From assembly GCF_009834535.1 (NCBI RefSeq), contig NC_045701.1:13516001-13580000 (forward strand): a stretch of 64,000 bases of DNA, read 5' to 3'. A program made the position numbers and the translations under genes. Positions within the stretch are counted from its first letter, which is position 1. The number at the start of each line of letters is the position of its first letter. Origin of the DNA: Camelus ferus (lineage: Eukaryota). The notes beneath the pieces are model-generated. The model was not told the origin of the DNA, did no database searches, and saw only the letters and a list, made by a program, of their open reading frames with translations. Below, piece by piece: positions 51,110 through 63,579 of this stretch.

Positions 51110-51568
51110 ACTTTTTTATGCCAAAATAGTTTAGCGAGAAGATCCCTGACTTACTTCCCCCTGAACACAAGCAGTTTGTGTGAGGTTTGGGGAGGACTTT
51201 AGTTTAAGGAATTGGAAGAGTTTTGAGTAATAAGGAGCCATTTGGTGGCCACTTATCAAAGGTTTTGCAGCGAGGTAATAAATCACGGCAGAGCCCCTTC
51301 ACTCCAGGCTGAGACAAGTGGGGAAAGGTAGCTCTGTTATAACAAATTATGGCTTGTCATGTCTGCAATGAGAGAACTTGGCTTTCCAAACACCTTGCTT
51401 ATTAAGAGGCCCTTGCAAAAAAACTTAGGAGGAAAGCACAACAATTTAGGGAGATTATGATTTGGGTTGAATTTGAGGTCTTTACAGTTATAGCTGACCT
51501 AGTAGCTACTGCCAAGTGAAGCGATGCTGGGAGAGCTAAAAATTACAAAATCCTAAATTGCATGGGCC

Positions 51569-51862
51569 TATATAAACTAAACAGCACAGCAGTGGAAGAT
51601 AGCCTGGAGTAAGGAAGAGCAGTCACATGGCCCAATACTGATCACCATTGACATCCCTTGTGGACGTCCCTATGAGCAGGTTTCTAATCACTACAGAAAA
51701 CAAAACCCAACGGTTAACAATAAAAGCACCACTCTTTGGCCTGCCCATCAGGAAGACCAGAGCAGGCTGGACCAATACTAGGAGAGTCTTGGGGCCACTT
51801 GTGATCAGAACCACCAATGATACCAACACAGAGTATAAGCCAAATGTCAAAACCAGGTAAGT
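51569..51862 (+). promoter_or_regulatory. Candidate TATA promoter plus first exon ending at a consensus splice donor
   Basis: TATATAAA at 51569-51576; CAG|GTAAGT donor with GT at 51857; repeat-free context. Motif-only evidence. Confidence 0.3.
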
Positions 51863-52664
51863 CCCACCCATCAGCTGGTCCTAGAAATGCAGAAAAAAGC
51901 TATGAAAAGGTCAGGAGCTGCATAAATACAGGAATAGAGCAACACAAAGAGCAAGGGTGGATGAAAAATATAAGGCCTGTGTTAATTGCCTTAAATGGGG
52001 TGTTTAGCAGAACAGGGTTTTGTCACGAGAGGAGGGATGGTATCTAGTGAAATCTCAAAGCACAAGCCAGGCCAGATACGTCTGGGCTCTCATATTCCCT
52101 GGAGCTGTCTTTAAGAAGTCCTCATACTTTGCCATCTTTAACCCTTTTCTCTGTAAAATGATACAAATGGCTTCCCAGCTGGTCCTTTAACCTCCACGGC
52201 AGCTAAGACTTGATTGACCTATCTCTGGATGACCAGTCATTAAGAGCACAGAGCATCCATGGAAATCTCACCGAGGTCAAGGTGGGGTCTGGAAACTGCC
52301 CCCTGGGAGAGTATGCCAGTGATTTCTTTGCAGTTTTGGCCATGCTAGTGAGCTCTGCTGCAATGATAAAAAATAATTCTAACCTTTTTGAAGAATAAAT
52401 GAAAAAAAAGTTTAATAACTGCTCTATTTTGTAGATGTACTTAATACTATGAAGGGAAAGTGTGACTGCCCCAAGATATTCTATTAGTTTTAATTGAGTG
52501 CTATCTAAAGTCTAAGAGAATAAATGACCTTGCATTTTCTTCTTATTTTCTCTTTTAAAGAGACCCTATTTAAGTTATTCTGTGCTTATAGGAGTGAAAA
52601 AGATACTCCCTCTTTTCCAGAAATCTTCTGTCTCCAATGCTTGGGAGAAACATCTGCTGCTGGA

Positions 52665-52752
52665 AGGGGTAGGTGGAGAAAGAGAGAGAGAAAAGGAGGA
52701 AGGGAGGGGAAGAGGAAAGAAGGGAGGAAAGGAGGAAGGAAAAGGGAGAGAG
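52665..52752. repeat. GA/GGAA-rich polypurine simple repeat
   Basis: Read directly. It generates the low-complexity ORFs at 52524-52857. Confidence 0.9.
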
Positions 52753-53804
52753 AAATCTAACACTGCTTGGCTGCTGGTACAATGAGCAATCACTGGCATC
52801 TGTCAGAACTCCCATTAAATGAGTGTTGGTTTTATCAGGTGTTTGCTCTGCTCCCATACACCTAATTGTGTGGCTTCAACTATGATGGAATTTGTTCCTT
52901 AAGGAGAGGGGGAAACATGAGCCTTGGTGCTTTAATAGCAAGGTATCTTCTGAAGTAACAAATGACCCAGAGTTTGGATTTGGCAGCAGGGGACTTAACT
53001 TCCTCCATTCTCCCCAGAGGTGTCACGAGCAGCTGCAATCATTAGAGAGAAAAGGGAGTTTGGGAGGAAGATGGCATGAGTGGACAGGATGGGAAGGAAA
53101 GTGTGAGATGATGTCATGAAAGAGAGACGAGATCTTGCTGGATTCTCTGCCTGTAACAGCTAGGCTTTTACCTGTTTGAAACAATATGCTTTGAGTAGCA
53201 TGACCCACAGCTTTTTAGTCACTGGGCAGATTCATTAATAACAACCTTTAAAATCCTCTGCCTGGTTAGTTCTTCAGTGGTGGCTGGTGGGCTTCGAGAA
53301 TGAGAGACACTGAATCTGGACTCCTAGGGATGTTATCACTGCCCTTAATGTCTCTAAACTTGTTCTGCACAAGGGCTCTTCTTGCACTTCCAGTCCCATA
53401 TCCTGAGGCCCCCAGTGCAGAGTCCCTGCAAGCCCAAGACAAAGCCATGTTCAAATCCCCAGGGCAGGCTCCTGCGGCTGTTCCCTGAATAAGCCTTAGC
53501 TCAGAGAGCAACTAGTAGAGGTTAGGAGCACACACACATTCGCAGTCAGATTTTCACTTTCCTTCTGAATACAGTAGGCAATCCTATGATTCCCCCTCAG
53601 AACTCCTGCAGGGAGGAAAGAATGTCGGCATCCAAGAGATGTGGGCCAGAGTAGTCAGACCAAAATTCACTTTCTAGGCATGAGGACAACTGAGGGAGCT
53701 TGCAATGGCCCATAACATTAATGCCTTTTTCTTCAGTGTGAAACCCCTTTTCATCTATCTGCTTTCTTTATTCATACAGAATAAAAATCCTGTCGGGCTG
53801 TTAG

Positions 53805-53910
53805 TTTCCTTCCCATTTAACGTATGAGAAAAACTGAGATTCAGGTTAAATGGCTACTCCAAGCTAGTGAATGACAGAGCTAGGAAAGACACTCTGATCC
53901 CCTCCCTGCC
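53805..53910 (-). mobile_element. MIR fragment
   Basis: cccatttaacgtatgagaaaaactgagattcaggttaaatggctactccaagctagtgaatgacagagc. Confidence 0.75.
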
Positions 53911-54689
53911 TCCAAGTCCACTCGTCCCAAAGCCAAGACTAGGTCTGTTTGAGGGGTGTGGAAATTTCTTTCCATCTAAACAATAAATCCCTAATTGACC
54001 TGGGATGGTGCTGAGGACTCCCACTGTTTGACATCCCTTTGGATTAAAGAATAGAAATTTTAGTGTCTTCTCTGGACTCAGCAAATCAGACAGCTTCTCC
54101 CAGCCCTGAGTGAGGTAATGACAAGACAAGAGGAATGCAGAACCAGCTCCTCATGCCTGAAAGTCCTGGTAGGTGGAGGGCCGCCAGGGGAATATCAGGA
54201 CGCTCAGGGAGCAGCTGGAAGGTCCCTGGTATCAGATAAAGTGCAGAGATGATGGAGATGAAGAGGTGGGAAAAAAGGAAAGAAAAATAAAGACTGTCCA
54301 CTCAGAGAGAGAAGCCACCAGGAATCATAAGGCAGCTGCAGGAGGCAACCAATTTGCCTCTCCTGGAATAAGCCTGAAGCAGGCACCAGCTAGAGAAAGA
54401 AAGGAAAACTGGCCATGGATACAATTTTGGGGAGGGCCTTGGCCTGGCCCATATCCCCTACCAAGTTCTCTGGACCTCAATCTAAAAATCTCAGATAATA
54501 CTGGTTTACCCTGGGTTACTTGCAAACCAAACAGATTTCCACCTGAGAGGAATCTACCACACATGGACTTATGCAAGAAAAATTTATATAATCAGCCCTT
54601 CAAAACTAAGAGTGATTATCAAGACCAAGACTGCTGGGCTATGGTGAAGAGAGCATGGCCCCAATATGGGACACAAGGAAGAAAGAACC

Positions 54690-54990
54690 AGCATCTGTTG
54701 AGTTCCCACCACCTGCCAGGTACTATGTCAGGCACTGTATATGTATTGCTCATTTAATCTTCTCAACTGTCCTATAAATTAGGCATGATTATCCCCATCT
54801 TACAGTTGAGGAAACCAAAGCTCCAACATTAAGTAACTTGTCTAAGGTTACAGTCAGTTAAGTGGCAAAAGTGGAATTCAAAGAATCCCACACAGATTCT
54901 AATACTTCAGTAAATTTCATAGAATTATTTCAAGAATTAAATAAGATGATGTTAATAAAACATTGGATAAGCCCCAAGCATTATGCAAAT
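54690..54990. mobile_element. MIR (minus, about 54690-54905) followed by a MIR tail (plus)
   Basis: ccccatcttacagttgaggaaacc...taagtaacttgtctaaggttacag; then caagaattaaataagatgatg...gcaaatattagct. Confidence 0.85.
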
Positions 54991-54996
54991 ATTAGC

Positions 54997-55038
<42 letters not shown>
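54997..55038. repeat. (TG)n microsatellite
   Basis: Read directly. Confidence 0.97.
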
Positions 55039-55039
<1 letters not shown>

Positions 55040-55233
55040 ACAAACAATACTTGCATGCAGGCAAGTATTCAGGTCTTCAGTTCCTTGTACAGAATAGCCA
55101 TGTGAATTAGTATCAGTGGCATGTTTCTCTTCACAAAGCAAATATCTGTACCTTACACAATTCCCCTGTGAACCCCATCATCACCACAGCCATTAAATGT
55201 GGTCCCCAGATGAAGTGTGAGCATGCTGGTCAA

Positions 55234-55365
55234 NNNNNNNNNNNNNNNNNNNNNNNNNNNNNNNNNNNNNNNNNNNNNNNNNNNNNNNNNNNNNNNNNNN
55301 NNNNNNNNNNNNNNNNNNNNNNNNNNNNNNNNNNNNNNNNNNNNNNNNNNNNNNNNNNNNNNNNN
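55234..55365. other. Assembly gap (132 N)
   Basis: N run. Confidence 1.
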
Positions 55366-56804
55366 CATGGGGGTTGTACCCGCTGACATGTCCCACAGGA
55401 AAACTAGTATGTTCAAATCGGACCCAAGACAGCTGATTACAGTTTATTTTCCATGCCAGTGACAACAGAAACAGGCCCACTTTCTCAAAGTGGCTCCCTA
55501 CCTGTACTAATGAAATGTGTGTCTTTTATGAAGGTCATTTCTGTGACTTACAAGTTCTCTGGGTTATGCAAGTGCCAACCCTATACTTGTACATCCCTGA
55601 GAGTAAGCACTGCTTTAAAGCTTGCACCCCAGGCACCTTGCTTACTGACCCTAATTCAGGTCCCAAATTTCCTAGCACCAGTGCAGGCATTATACCATGA
55701 AAGAGAACGGAAGTTCCTTGGAAGACAGTGGCTGGCCTCGGAGAATGCCACTGAAGCCTCCATGAGTGTGGTGATACATTTTTCTCAACTACAAGGCAAG
55801 AGAAACCAACATATGAAAATGCACACAGGCAGACAATGCTGTTGCCCCAGCATTTAGAAATCATGATATACAGCCTACTGCTCAGGTTCCCAGCCTTCCA
55901 TTATTTCAAATTCTGAACCATGGGAAAAAAGAGAGCAGGGCTAACTACTGTATTTCTGCAGACTGCCTTCCCACCTTCCAACCTGTAAGCTCCAACGTAT
56001 TTCAGAGGAAGGAGTGAGGGCCTAACAAAGGGCTTTCCTGCCTGCCTACCTTTCATCATAAATCACACTCTGTTAGAAGCCTCGGCCTAACGTAACACCA
56101 ACTCACAGGTGAGAACTTGCTATGCAATCAAAAGTGCTTCATGAGCTCAGGAAGTGATCATACATGGGTCCAGTTATACAGTAATGCTGTCTACACCACC
56201 CCAGGTAGATCAGATTACCCTAGCTCTGCCACTGAAGGTAACAAAAGTAAGAAATGTTTTCATGTTCAGATGATCCAAGTTGCATTTCTAGCAAATAGAA
56301 TCATTGAGGAACAAACATCCAGGTGGGACCTGGACACTTCAAATGGTGAGAAACATGATCATGAGTCAGACACTTCATTCCATGGAGCCTAGTAATGCCC
56401 ATGACTATCCATGATGCCATGGGGGAATGGAATCAGGGTTCCTCTGTGTCCCCAGGAACATGGTGACCTCAGACACAGTGAGATAGGGGTCCCCCCTCCA
56501 TCTTCCAGGGAGTGGGACTAAAAACCCACTTTCCCCAGCTCGTAAACAATGTTCCTGGGATAGGGACTGAGAGGAAACTGAGAGAATTTGGGGGGGGTCT
56601 CACACAAAGAGGGCAGAGGATGGAGGACATATGGCTGCCTCATTGTGCTGCAGCTCCAAGTGCTCACATGAACTCCCAAACAACCTGTTCACCCTCTTTC
56701 TATAATTTTTTGGACTCCAAAGAGGGGCGCTTTCCATTGTCACCACCTCCAACTTCCAAACAGAGACTCTCCCCTAGAAGAGATAGAAAATAGACATCAA
56801 GTAC

Positions 56805-56905
56805 CAGCTGTGAGACCTCGAGTTAGTTTTTCTGAGCCTCAGCTTCTTCATCCATAAAAGGGCAGTGAAGTCCAGTACAATGCTTGCTGCCCAATAAACA
56901 TTAGT
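56805..56905 (+). mobile_element. MIR fragment
   Basis: ctgtgagacctcgagttagtttttctgagcctcagcttcttcatccataaaagg. Confidence 0.75.
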
Positions 56906-57884
56906 TACCTAATTAGAGACATCAGATTAAAGTATAGAGCCGAGACTAGCTCAAAACACATGTGAAGTAAATCCACTCCTTTTGCTCCTCCCTATCCTCC
57001 CCAACCAAGTCAACACAAACTATCTGGTCCAGACAGAGGTACAATCAAAGGGCTGGGGGACTGCCGAGATTTAAATCTTCCTGGGTACTTCATCATCATA
57101 GAAGCTCAAGACACTCAGTCTGGGACACAGGTGGAGGCCCCAGAGCGAAACCCAAGTGGGACCTAGTGGTAAAGGAGCCTTCAAGGAAAAAGCATGAAAC
57201 TGAGAATTGGGAAACAAGCCTGAGTGGTGGAGGAGTGGCAGGAAGGCCACCTTCTTATGACCCTTTCCTTCCTCCCACCCATCCTGCCATTCACATGCTT
57301 GAGGATGGGAGATGCACAAATGGTGGGAATGAGGAGAGGCTGTGTGCTGAGAGGGCAGGTGAACGAAGAAGGAAGAGGAATCTTGTGGCCAGCATGCCAT
57401 GCAACCCAGGCAGCTGTTTCTAAGACCCATTCCAACCTGAGGGATAGAAGTTAGGAACCGACTGGATTTCCATCCCCAGTGTATGTGTTTGGTTAACAAT
57501 CACCCTCCCTAGGCCCCAGGACCCCATAAGACAAGTTATTACACCAACCGTCATTAAGTGAAAAAGACTAGTCAGCCAGACTCTCCAGATTCCAAAAGAA
57601 AAAGAAAAAGAAAAATCACTGTAATTCACATAAAATTTAGATGCTTTTTACCTGAATTATCCTGATAATAACTGAAATTGTCTACTTGACTTCAGGACTA
57701 TAGGAAGAACCAGCTCCCCTGCTGACCAAAGGCCACAACTATTGAAAATACCACTCTCTTTGCTTACTTTCTAAAAGACATAATCTAAAAAGAATATAAA
57801 ATCCTGTACATCTGCAGACTTTCTTAAGATTAGGCATGCTGATATTTCACCTAAGTTAACAGGAGATCACTTTTCCTTTTATAT

Positions 57885-58108
57885 TTGCCATTTTTAAATT
57901 CTAGAAAGTGTGAAAATATAGTGACAGAAGCGGATCAGTGGTTGCCTGGAATTGGGGCTCAGGGATGGGGATTAACTGCAAAGAGGCAGGAGAAAACTTT
58001 TGAGGGTGACAGAGCTGTTCTGTGTCTTGATGTGGGGGAGATTCACCAAACTGTACACACAGAATTAATAAATTTTATTATATGTAAGTTATACCTCGGT
58101 AGAGCTGG
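57885..58108 (+). mobile_element. L1MC/MD/ME-type 3' end
   Basis: gtgacagaagcggatcagtggttgcctgg...aacttttgagggtgacagagctgttctg...atatgtaagttatacctc. Confidence 0.85.
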
Positions 58109-58449
58109 AAAATGCTATTTTCCACAATAGAGCAGCATAACTTAAGAATGTCAGTGAAAATGTTTCTGTTACACGGAGATGGAAATATTAGGCCTGCCAA
58201 AATGTCTCAATAACAGGGTACTTCATCAGAATATGCCAATATTTTGTGGTATAAATCAGCATTTGTCAGCTGCCTGAGGTGAAGCCATGTAACACTGAAC
58301 ATGCCCAGAGTGTATGTTTCTCCATCACATCCTCTAGGAGTATTAGGTAACCCATTAGAAGTTAAAGGCAATAGCATTTCTCACGTGGGCAATCAGCAGG
58401 GCTCTCTGGTACACTAGGAAGAAAAGGCAAGGGTTTTGAGTCATTACCC

Positions 58450-58781
58450 AGATGCTGCAGGTTTGGGCTGCTACCCACACCCTTTTCTAGAAGATTATCA
58501 AAAGCTGATGGAGCCTTCTTACCTGGACATGCCTGGGATGCCATTCTTCCCTTGGGAGTAGAAGGACAACCTCAGAGGTAATAGTTCATGCTCCAGAGCT
58601 CCCTAAGCGATCAAGCTAAGCCCACATTCTTCCTGAAACCACATCTTTGACCAGCTTCTTCCCCTGCCCCATCTTACTTCCCTCACTTCCTTACTTTTCC
58701 CCTGAGAGCACTCCTTCAAAAAATCACACATACAAGAATCCTCATCTCAGGCTCTGTTTCTAGGGAATCTGACCTAAGACA
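58450..58781 (+). mobile_element. LTR16-type ERVL solo LTR (5' boundary uncertain)
   Basis: The 3' end aatcacacatacaagaatcctcatctcaggctctgtttctagggaatctgacctaagaca is the LTR16 terminus. Confidence 0.8.
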
Positions 58782-58949
58782 TCCTTCATGATGGCACAGA
58801 AGAACTTATTTTGGAAGGCCCAGTAGCTCATGTAACTCCCCGGCATACTTTTTAAATTTCTACTTCATTCTGTACATATGATTCAAAGACTTTAGTATAT
58901 TGTATAAGCTCTTGCCTACTGCTCTAGACACTTCCCCCACCTATATGCT

Positions 58950-59370
58950 ACCCTAAGTTCCCCACTCCAACCAGGCCTTCTACCCTTCCTCTGTACTAAA
59001 CTACTCTACTTCCTCCTAAAAACCATGCTCTTTCCCACCACAATATAAGTTCCTGTTCTTCCCTTTGCCTGAAATTAATTTTACCATCTTGTCTAAACTC
59101 CTGTTCATCCTTTAAGACTCAGCTTAAACATCACCTCCTTGAACTTTTCCTGAGCCTTCCCACCCTCTTAGGCAGAGTTAAATACACCATCCTTCATAGT
59201 CCAGTGGTGTCATTTACACACCCCTATTACATTTGCCCTGTTGTGTTGTATTTGCATGTTACCATCAAGATAATTCAGTGCATGCTACTGTGAGTTACAG
59301 GAAAAGGACTGTGTCTTGGACACATTTGTATCCCCAGTGCCTAGCACATTCAACATTTGTTGAATACAAG
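58950..59370 (+). mobile_element. L2b/c 3' fragment
   Basis: ttcatcctttaagactcagcttaaacatcacctcc...tgtatccccagtgcctagcacattcaacatttgttgaat. Confidence 0.85.
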
Positions 59371-60539
59371 CAGTCTTCATTCTCTAGCCCTGGAAAAGCC
59401 TTTTCCTTTTGTTTCTGTTGTTTCCAAAACAATCGTGTGGGCTCCTAGTTCTTCCATCTCCTGCTTCCAACAAAGCCCAGTCTTCACTCTGATTTCCCTC
59501 CCCAGGTATTTCTCGGGGTCTGAAGGATATATGTGTATCTCAGGGGTCATCTTGGCTGTCACTTGTCATGTATAGATCTGGAATACTACTCTAGGCTTCT
59601 CTGTGGGTCATTGCTTGGCATCACCAGCTTTTCCAGACCGCCTAAGAACTCTGAGTACTAATTCTTCCTAAGTGAGGACACTGACTCTCCTTTAATTTCC
59701 CAGGACATAGTCTTAGACAGGCTGTCTTGTTCAGCAGACTTTTACCAAGGCTTGAGAGTACCAGAGGGAAGTTACAACAACAAGGAAGACCTATAAAACT
59801 TGGTGTGAGCCATCACTGCTCCCGAAGTCCAAGAAGTCGCAAACTGTCCTTTGCAAGCAGGACTCGCATTTTACCTTTGCTTTACCAAAGGCATAGTGAA
59901 ATGTGAGAGTCTCCAGACCAAAAGAAAAAGAAAGAGTACAGTTTTCCTGTCTTCTACAATATAAAATCCCTACCTCTGAAAAACTGAAAACTGTTATTAT
60001 CTTTGAAATAAAAATTTTCAGTAACCATCAGGATTTCACAAACATTGTATTCTAGGCTATTCAGAGTATTGCCCTACTGAAATGAATAAGTAAATAAATA
60101 AATGGGTGAAAGAATAAACCAAAAATATCCACACAAAGGAGTTAAATAAGGCTTTAGGAAAGGGACTTGAGAAATGGAATCATTTAAACCTACAGAAAAT
60201 AGGGAAACTCATTCCAGGAGAAAGAAACCACAGGGCATAGGTTAGAGCCCAGCAAACTGAACCTTTCTGGCACCTGCTAGGAGAACTGTGGGAGATTCAT
60301 GCATCAATTAGGAACAGTCAGACTTGTAAATGAATAAGATCCCTTCCAGTACTGATATCTACTCCTTCTACAAGGAAAGTGATTTGAATTAAAATGTGTA
60401 TTTAAAGTGATAGGCAATGGCAACTCTTTCAAGGATTTTGCTTAGTCTCATATCACTTTATGGGTTGCTAATTTTTGGTAGAAACGGTTGCATTAAACCA
60501 TGTCATCAGATTAGAATGACGAAAGCAAAAAAATGTGCC

Positions 60540-60680
60540 TCTTGATGGTGAAATTATGGTTGAACTGCTTTTGTTGTTTTAGTTTTAGTACTGCTTCTTT
60601 ATACATTTCTGCATGTCCCAAAAATGTTTGCAAGAAGTATTTACCATTTCATGATAAATCTAAAGAAAAGCATTGCTTTA
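60540..60680 (+). mobile_element. L1ME 3' terminal fragment
   Basis: ggtgaaattatgg...ttcttttatacatttctgcatgtccc...tatttaccatttcatgataa. Confidence 0.55.
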
Positions 60681-61149
60681 GCACTCATAGTTTCTAAAAC
60701 AAACTCTAAGGAATTTCCTCAAATTACGAGGAAATAATCTTCATTTACCAAATTTATCCTCTCTAATGGCACATTTACTGAGAAGAGAATTCAGCCCTAA
60801 AAGCATCACCTCTCAAAAACTGCAGAGTATGGCAATGACCAATTCAGCAATAAAGTCCAAGGAACTGTATCTCCTTTGTCTATGCCCAAAGTCACCTTAT
60901 CTTGATGAGGATATAGAGGCACAATATTCCTTTGGAAAATCTGAGCAAAAGCCAGAGACAAGCATGATGGCATGGCAGGTTTTGCTTCCTCCTGGAAACA
61001 CATTTTCTAGGAGCTAAATCAAGAAAGAAGTGTCATCCGTGTGCAAAAAGCAAGTAACCTCATCTGCAGGATAATTCCTGAGAGTACCCAGAAAGAAATG
61101 GACTGGAGATTCCAAATAACAGAAGTTCACACTAGAGGAGGAATGAATG

Positions 61150-61540
61150 AGTTCAAAATGATATGCTCTCAGAAAGCAAGCTTTCAAAGAGATATGAAAA
61201 AGGAGGCCAGAGTTCGAATGGGGCTTGGCCCACTGGGTGAAGGAAATCCTTCACGGACTTGGGAATCATCATCAAGATTAATGCTGACTTACATGGAGAG
61301 CATGGGGCATCATTTGGAAGATAGAAGCATCAACATGAAATACCTGAATGAGCCAAAAGGTGAGAAAACAATGTATGAAAACAAGAAGACAATGGAGGAG
61401 CCATATGATCATTCAAAGTGAACATGTGAAGAAGGCAAAGGTCAGTGGTGAGACGGGAAGAGCTGCCAGTGGGATGAGCTGGATGAAGAATGAAGCGAGC
61501 ACAGGGGCAGAAAAAAGAGAGTATCAAATGAAGAGGTCAC
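61150..61540 (-). mobile_element. Probable highly decayed L2 internal fragment
   Basis: Purine-rich, with gacttgggaatcatcatc and atgaaatacc resembling reverse L2. It would explain ORFs 61041-61566. Confidence 0.4.
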
Positions 61541-62329
61541 CGTACCATGTGTTATCTTCTCTGTGAAGGGACTCGGCTGCTGGCCAGTAATTCTTCAGGA
61601 TAGAGAAGAAATTATCTGCCAGTTTTGAGCTCTGTGATTGTCATAATTCGTAGCTTAAGGTCCCAGCTTTTGACCAGGTGCTCCAGATCAGTACACTGAT
61701 CTGAGACACCAAAAGAAATTTAGAAGTAAAGTAAGTCAGTGGATTCAGGTCACACGTCTGAGTCTTAAAACAAAAAGGGGTAGCAAGCATTCAGGAAAAC
61801 ATTGACTTAAGAAACAGAGGTTAACAACCCAAAGGGTCAAAGGAGGGGGTCATATAGGGCTTTGGGCTTGGTCACTGTGTAACTGCCCTGTTCTGGGCAT
61901 CCAAAACAATGGAAAAGTCCCTGAAAAATGTATTAAAGGAATCCCAATTCTACTGAGAGAACTGAAAAAGGAAGTCTGCAAATGGAATACAGAAAACAAA
62001 GAGAGAACTCATACATTTTCTTATTACCCTCAGGGAAGAGAGAAAGAAGCTCATCAGCCCTGGAATACTGAGAAAAGCTGGACGTAACCCAAGATAAAAC
62101 AAAGTCCAAACCACAGCTGCATAGAGACTCACAAGGCAAATAAAAGTTCCTTTTTATTTTAATTGATTTTATATCCACCAATGACATTTGTAATCTATTT
62201 GCACTAAAATGAGATCTATTCACTCGGTATCACACATGGACTAACATTTGCAAAAGAAGTTATATAACATACATTGAAGAAGCAGGCATGATGTTTGGCC
62301 CATAATTGGTACTCAATAAACAACATACA

Positions 62330-62990
62330 CTCATTTACTTATTTATTCATGTATTCAATATTTATTGACTATCTACTATATGCAAGGCACTATTCTAGGC
62401 ACTGAGAATACAGCATTAAAAAAGACAAAGCCCTCATGGAGCTTACATTCCAGAGGGGGAGACTGGCAAATATGCAAATATACATATAACAAAGGCAGAG
62501 ACTAATTAATGCTTTGAAGAAAAAGAACCAGATTAAGGGGATAGAGAGTGACTAAGGGGTTCTTTAGATAGAGCAGCTGGGGAAGTGTCTCTGAGGAGAT
62601 CATATAGCAGAGACCTATACGAAGTGAGGGAGCCAGCCACACGGAGATCTGAGGAAGTGCTACACAGAAAGAAGGCCTTGAGTCAAGGACCAGCAAGAAA
62701 GGGAGTAAAGTTGTATCAGAGAAGGGCTAGGAAATGGGCTGGAGAGGGAAGTGAGGGCCTGGTTATGGTGGCCTTAGGCCAGGAGAAGGATCTTGGGTAG
62801 TGTTCCAGACTTGAGGGGAAGTCATTTGAGGGTCCTAAGCAGTAGAGCCACATGATCTTATTTCCATGTTAAAATAATCACTATGAAAGGTTTGTGGAGA
62901 GTAGACTATGAGGGGTGTGAGAGCAAGAGTAGAAGCAGGGAGATAGCTGGATCAAGGAATGAGATGATGACAGCATGGGAGATGAAAAAG
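62330..62990 (-). mobile_element. L2a/b 3' fragment
   Basis: ttcaatatttattgactatctactatatgcaaggcactattctaggcactgagaatacagc...ccctcatggagcttacattc. Confidence 0.9.
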
Positions 62991-63302
62991 AAAGCAATCT
63001 CCTGTTTCCCCCAAAGTGACTGTCTCCCAAAACTATGTTACCCAACTTGAATACACCATTTCCAGAAGGTGAATTAAATACCCCAATTTCTTCTTAGAAA
63101 GTTAGTACTTTCATTTCATTCACATATATATTTAAATTACATCTACAGAATCCATCTAGAAATACCAATTTACAAGTATTTTTTCTTTGTCAATCTCACA
63201 TTACTCGAACTCAAAAAAGAAGGCTATTTTGCTATTTGTGCTATTTCTTCATTCACTTTTTTTTTTCACTTCAAAAACCAGAATTTTATAACTGGCAGAG
63301 AC

Positions 63303-63579
63303 ATTTCCATTACATCAAAAACAGCAAAATACCTAGAAATAAACTAAACCAATGAGGTTACCTATACTCTGAAAATCAAATGACGCAAAGAAATGGAAAG
63401 ATTTCTTGTGCTCTTGGATTGGAAGAATCAACACTATCAAAATGGCCACTACCCAAACCAATACACAGATCCAATGCAACCCCCATCAAAATACTTCTGA
63501 CATTCCTCACAGAACTATAACAAACAATTCCAAAATTTATAAGGAACTACAAAAGACCCCAAACAGCCAAACTAATCTT
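63303..63579 (+). mobile_element. LINE-1 ORF2 fragment (post-RT region), decayed
   Basis: aaaatacctagaaataaac...gctcttggattggaagaatcaacactatcaaaatggcc...cagatccaatgcaacccccatcaaaata...gaccccaaacagccaaactaatct. Confidence 0.9.

Noticed and set aside
18748-55480. ORF-track entries containing X runs (for example 32965-33551, 37059-37556, 42248-42769, 44319-44854, 50721-51170, 55153-55480)
   Set aside because: Their length is an artefact of translating N gaps.
61041-61566. Overlapping 126-aa and 72-aa ORFs
   Set aside because: Purine-rich sequence resembling antisense decayed L2, which is naturally stop-poor; no known domain.
61684-61703. Perfect short hairpin cagatcagt-ac-actgatctg
   Set aside because: About one such 9-bp inverted repeat is expected by chance in 64 kb.
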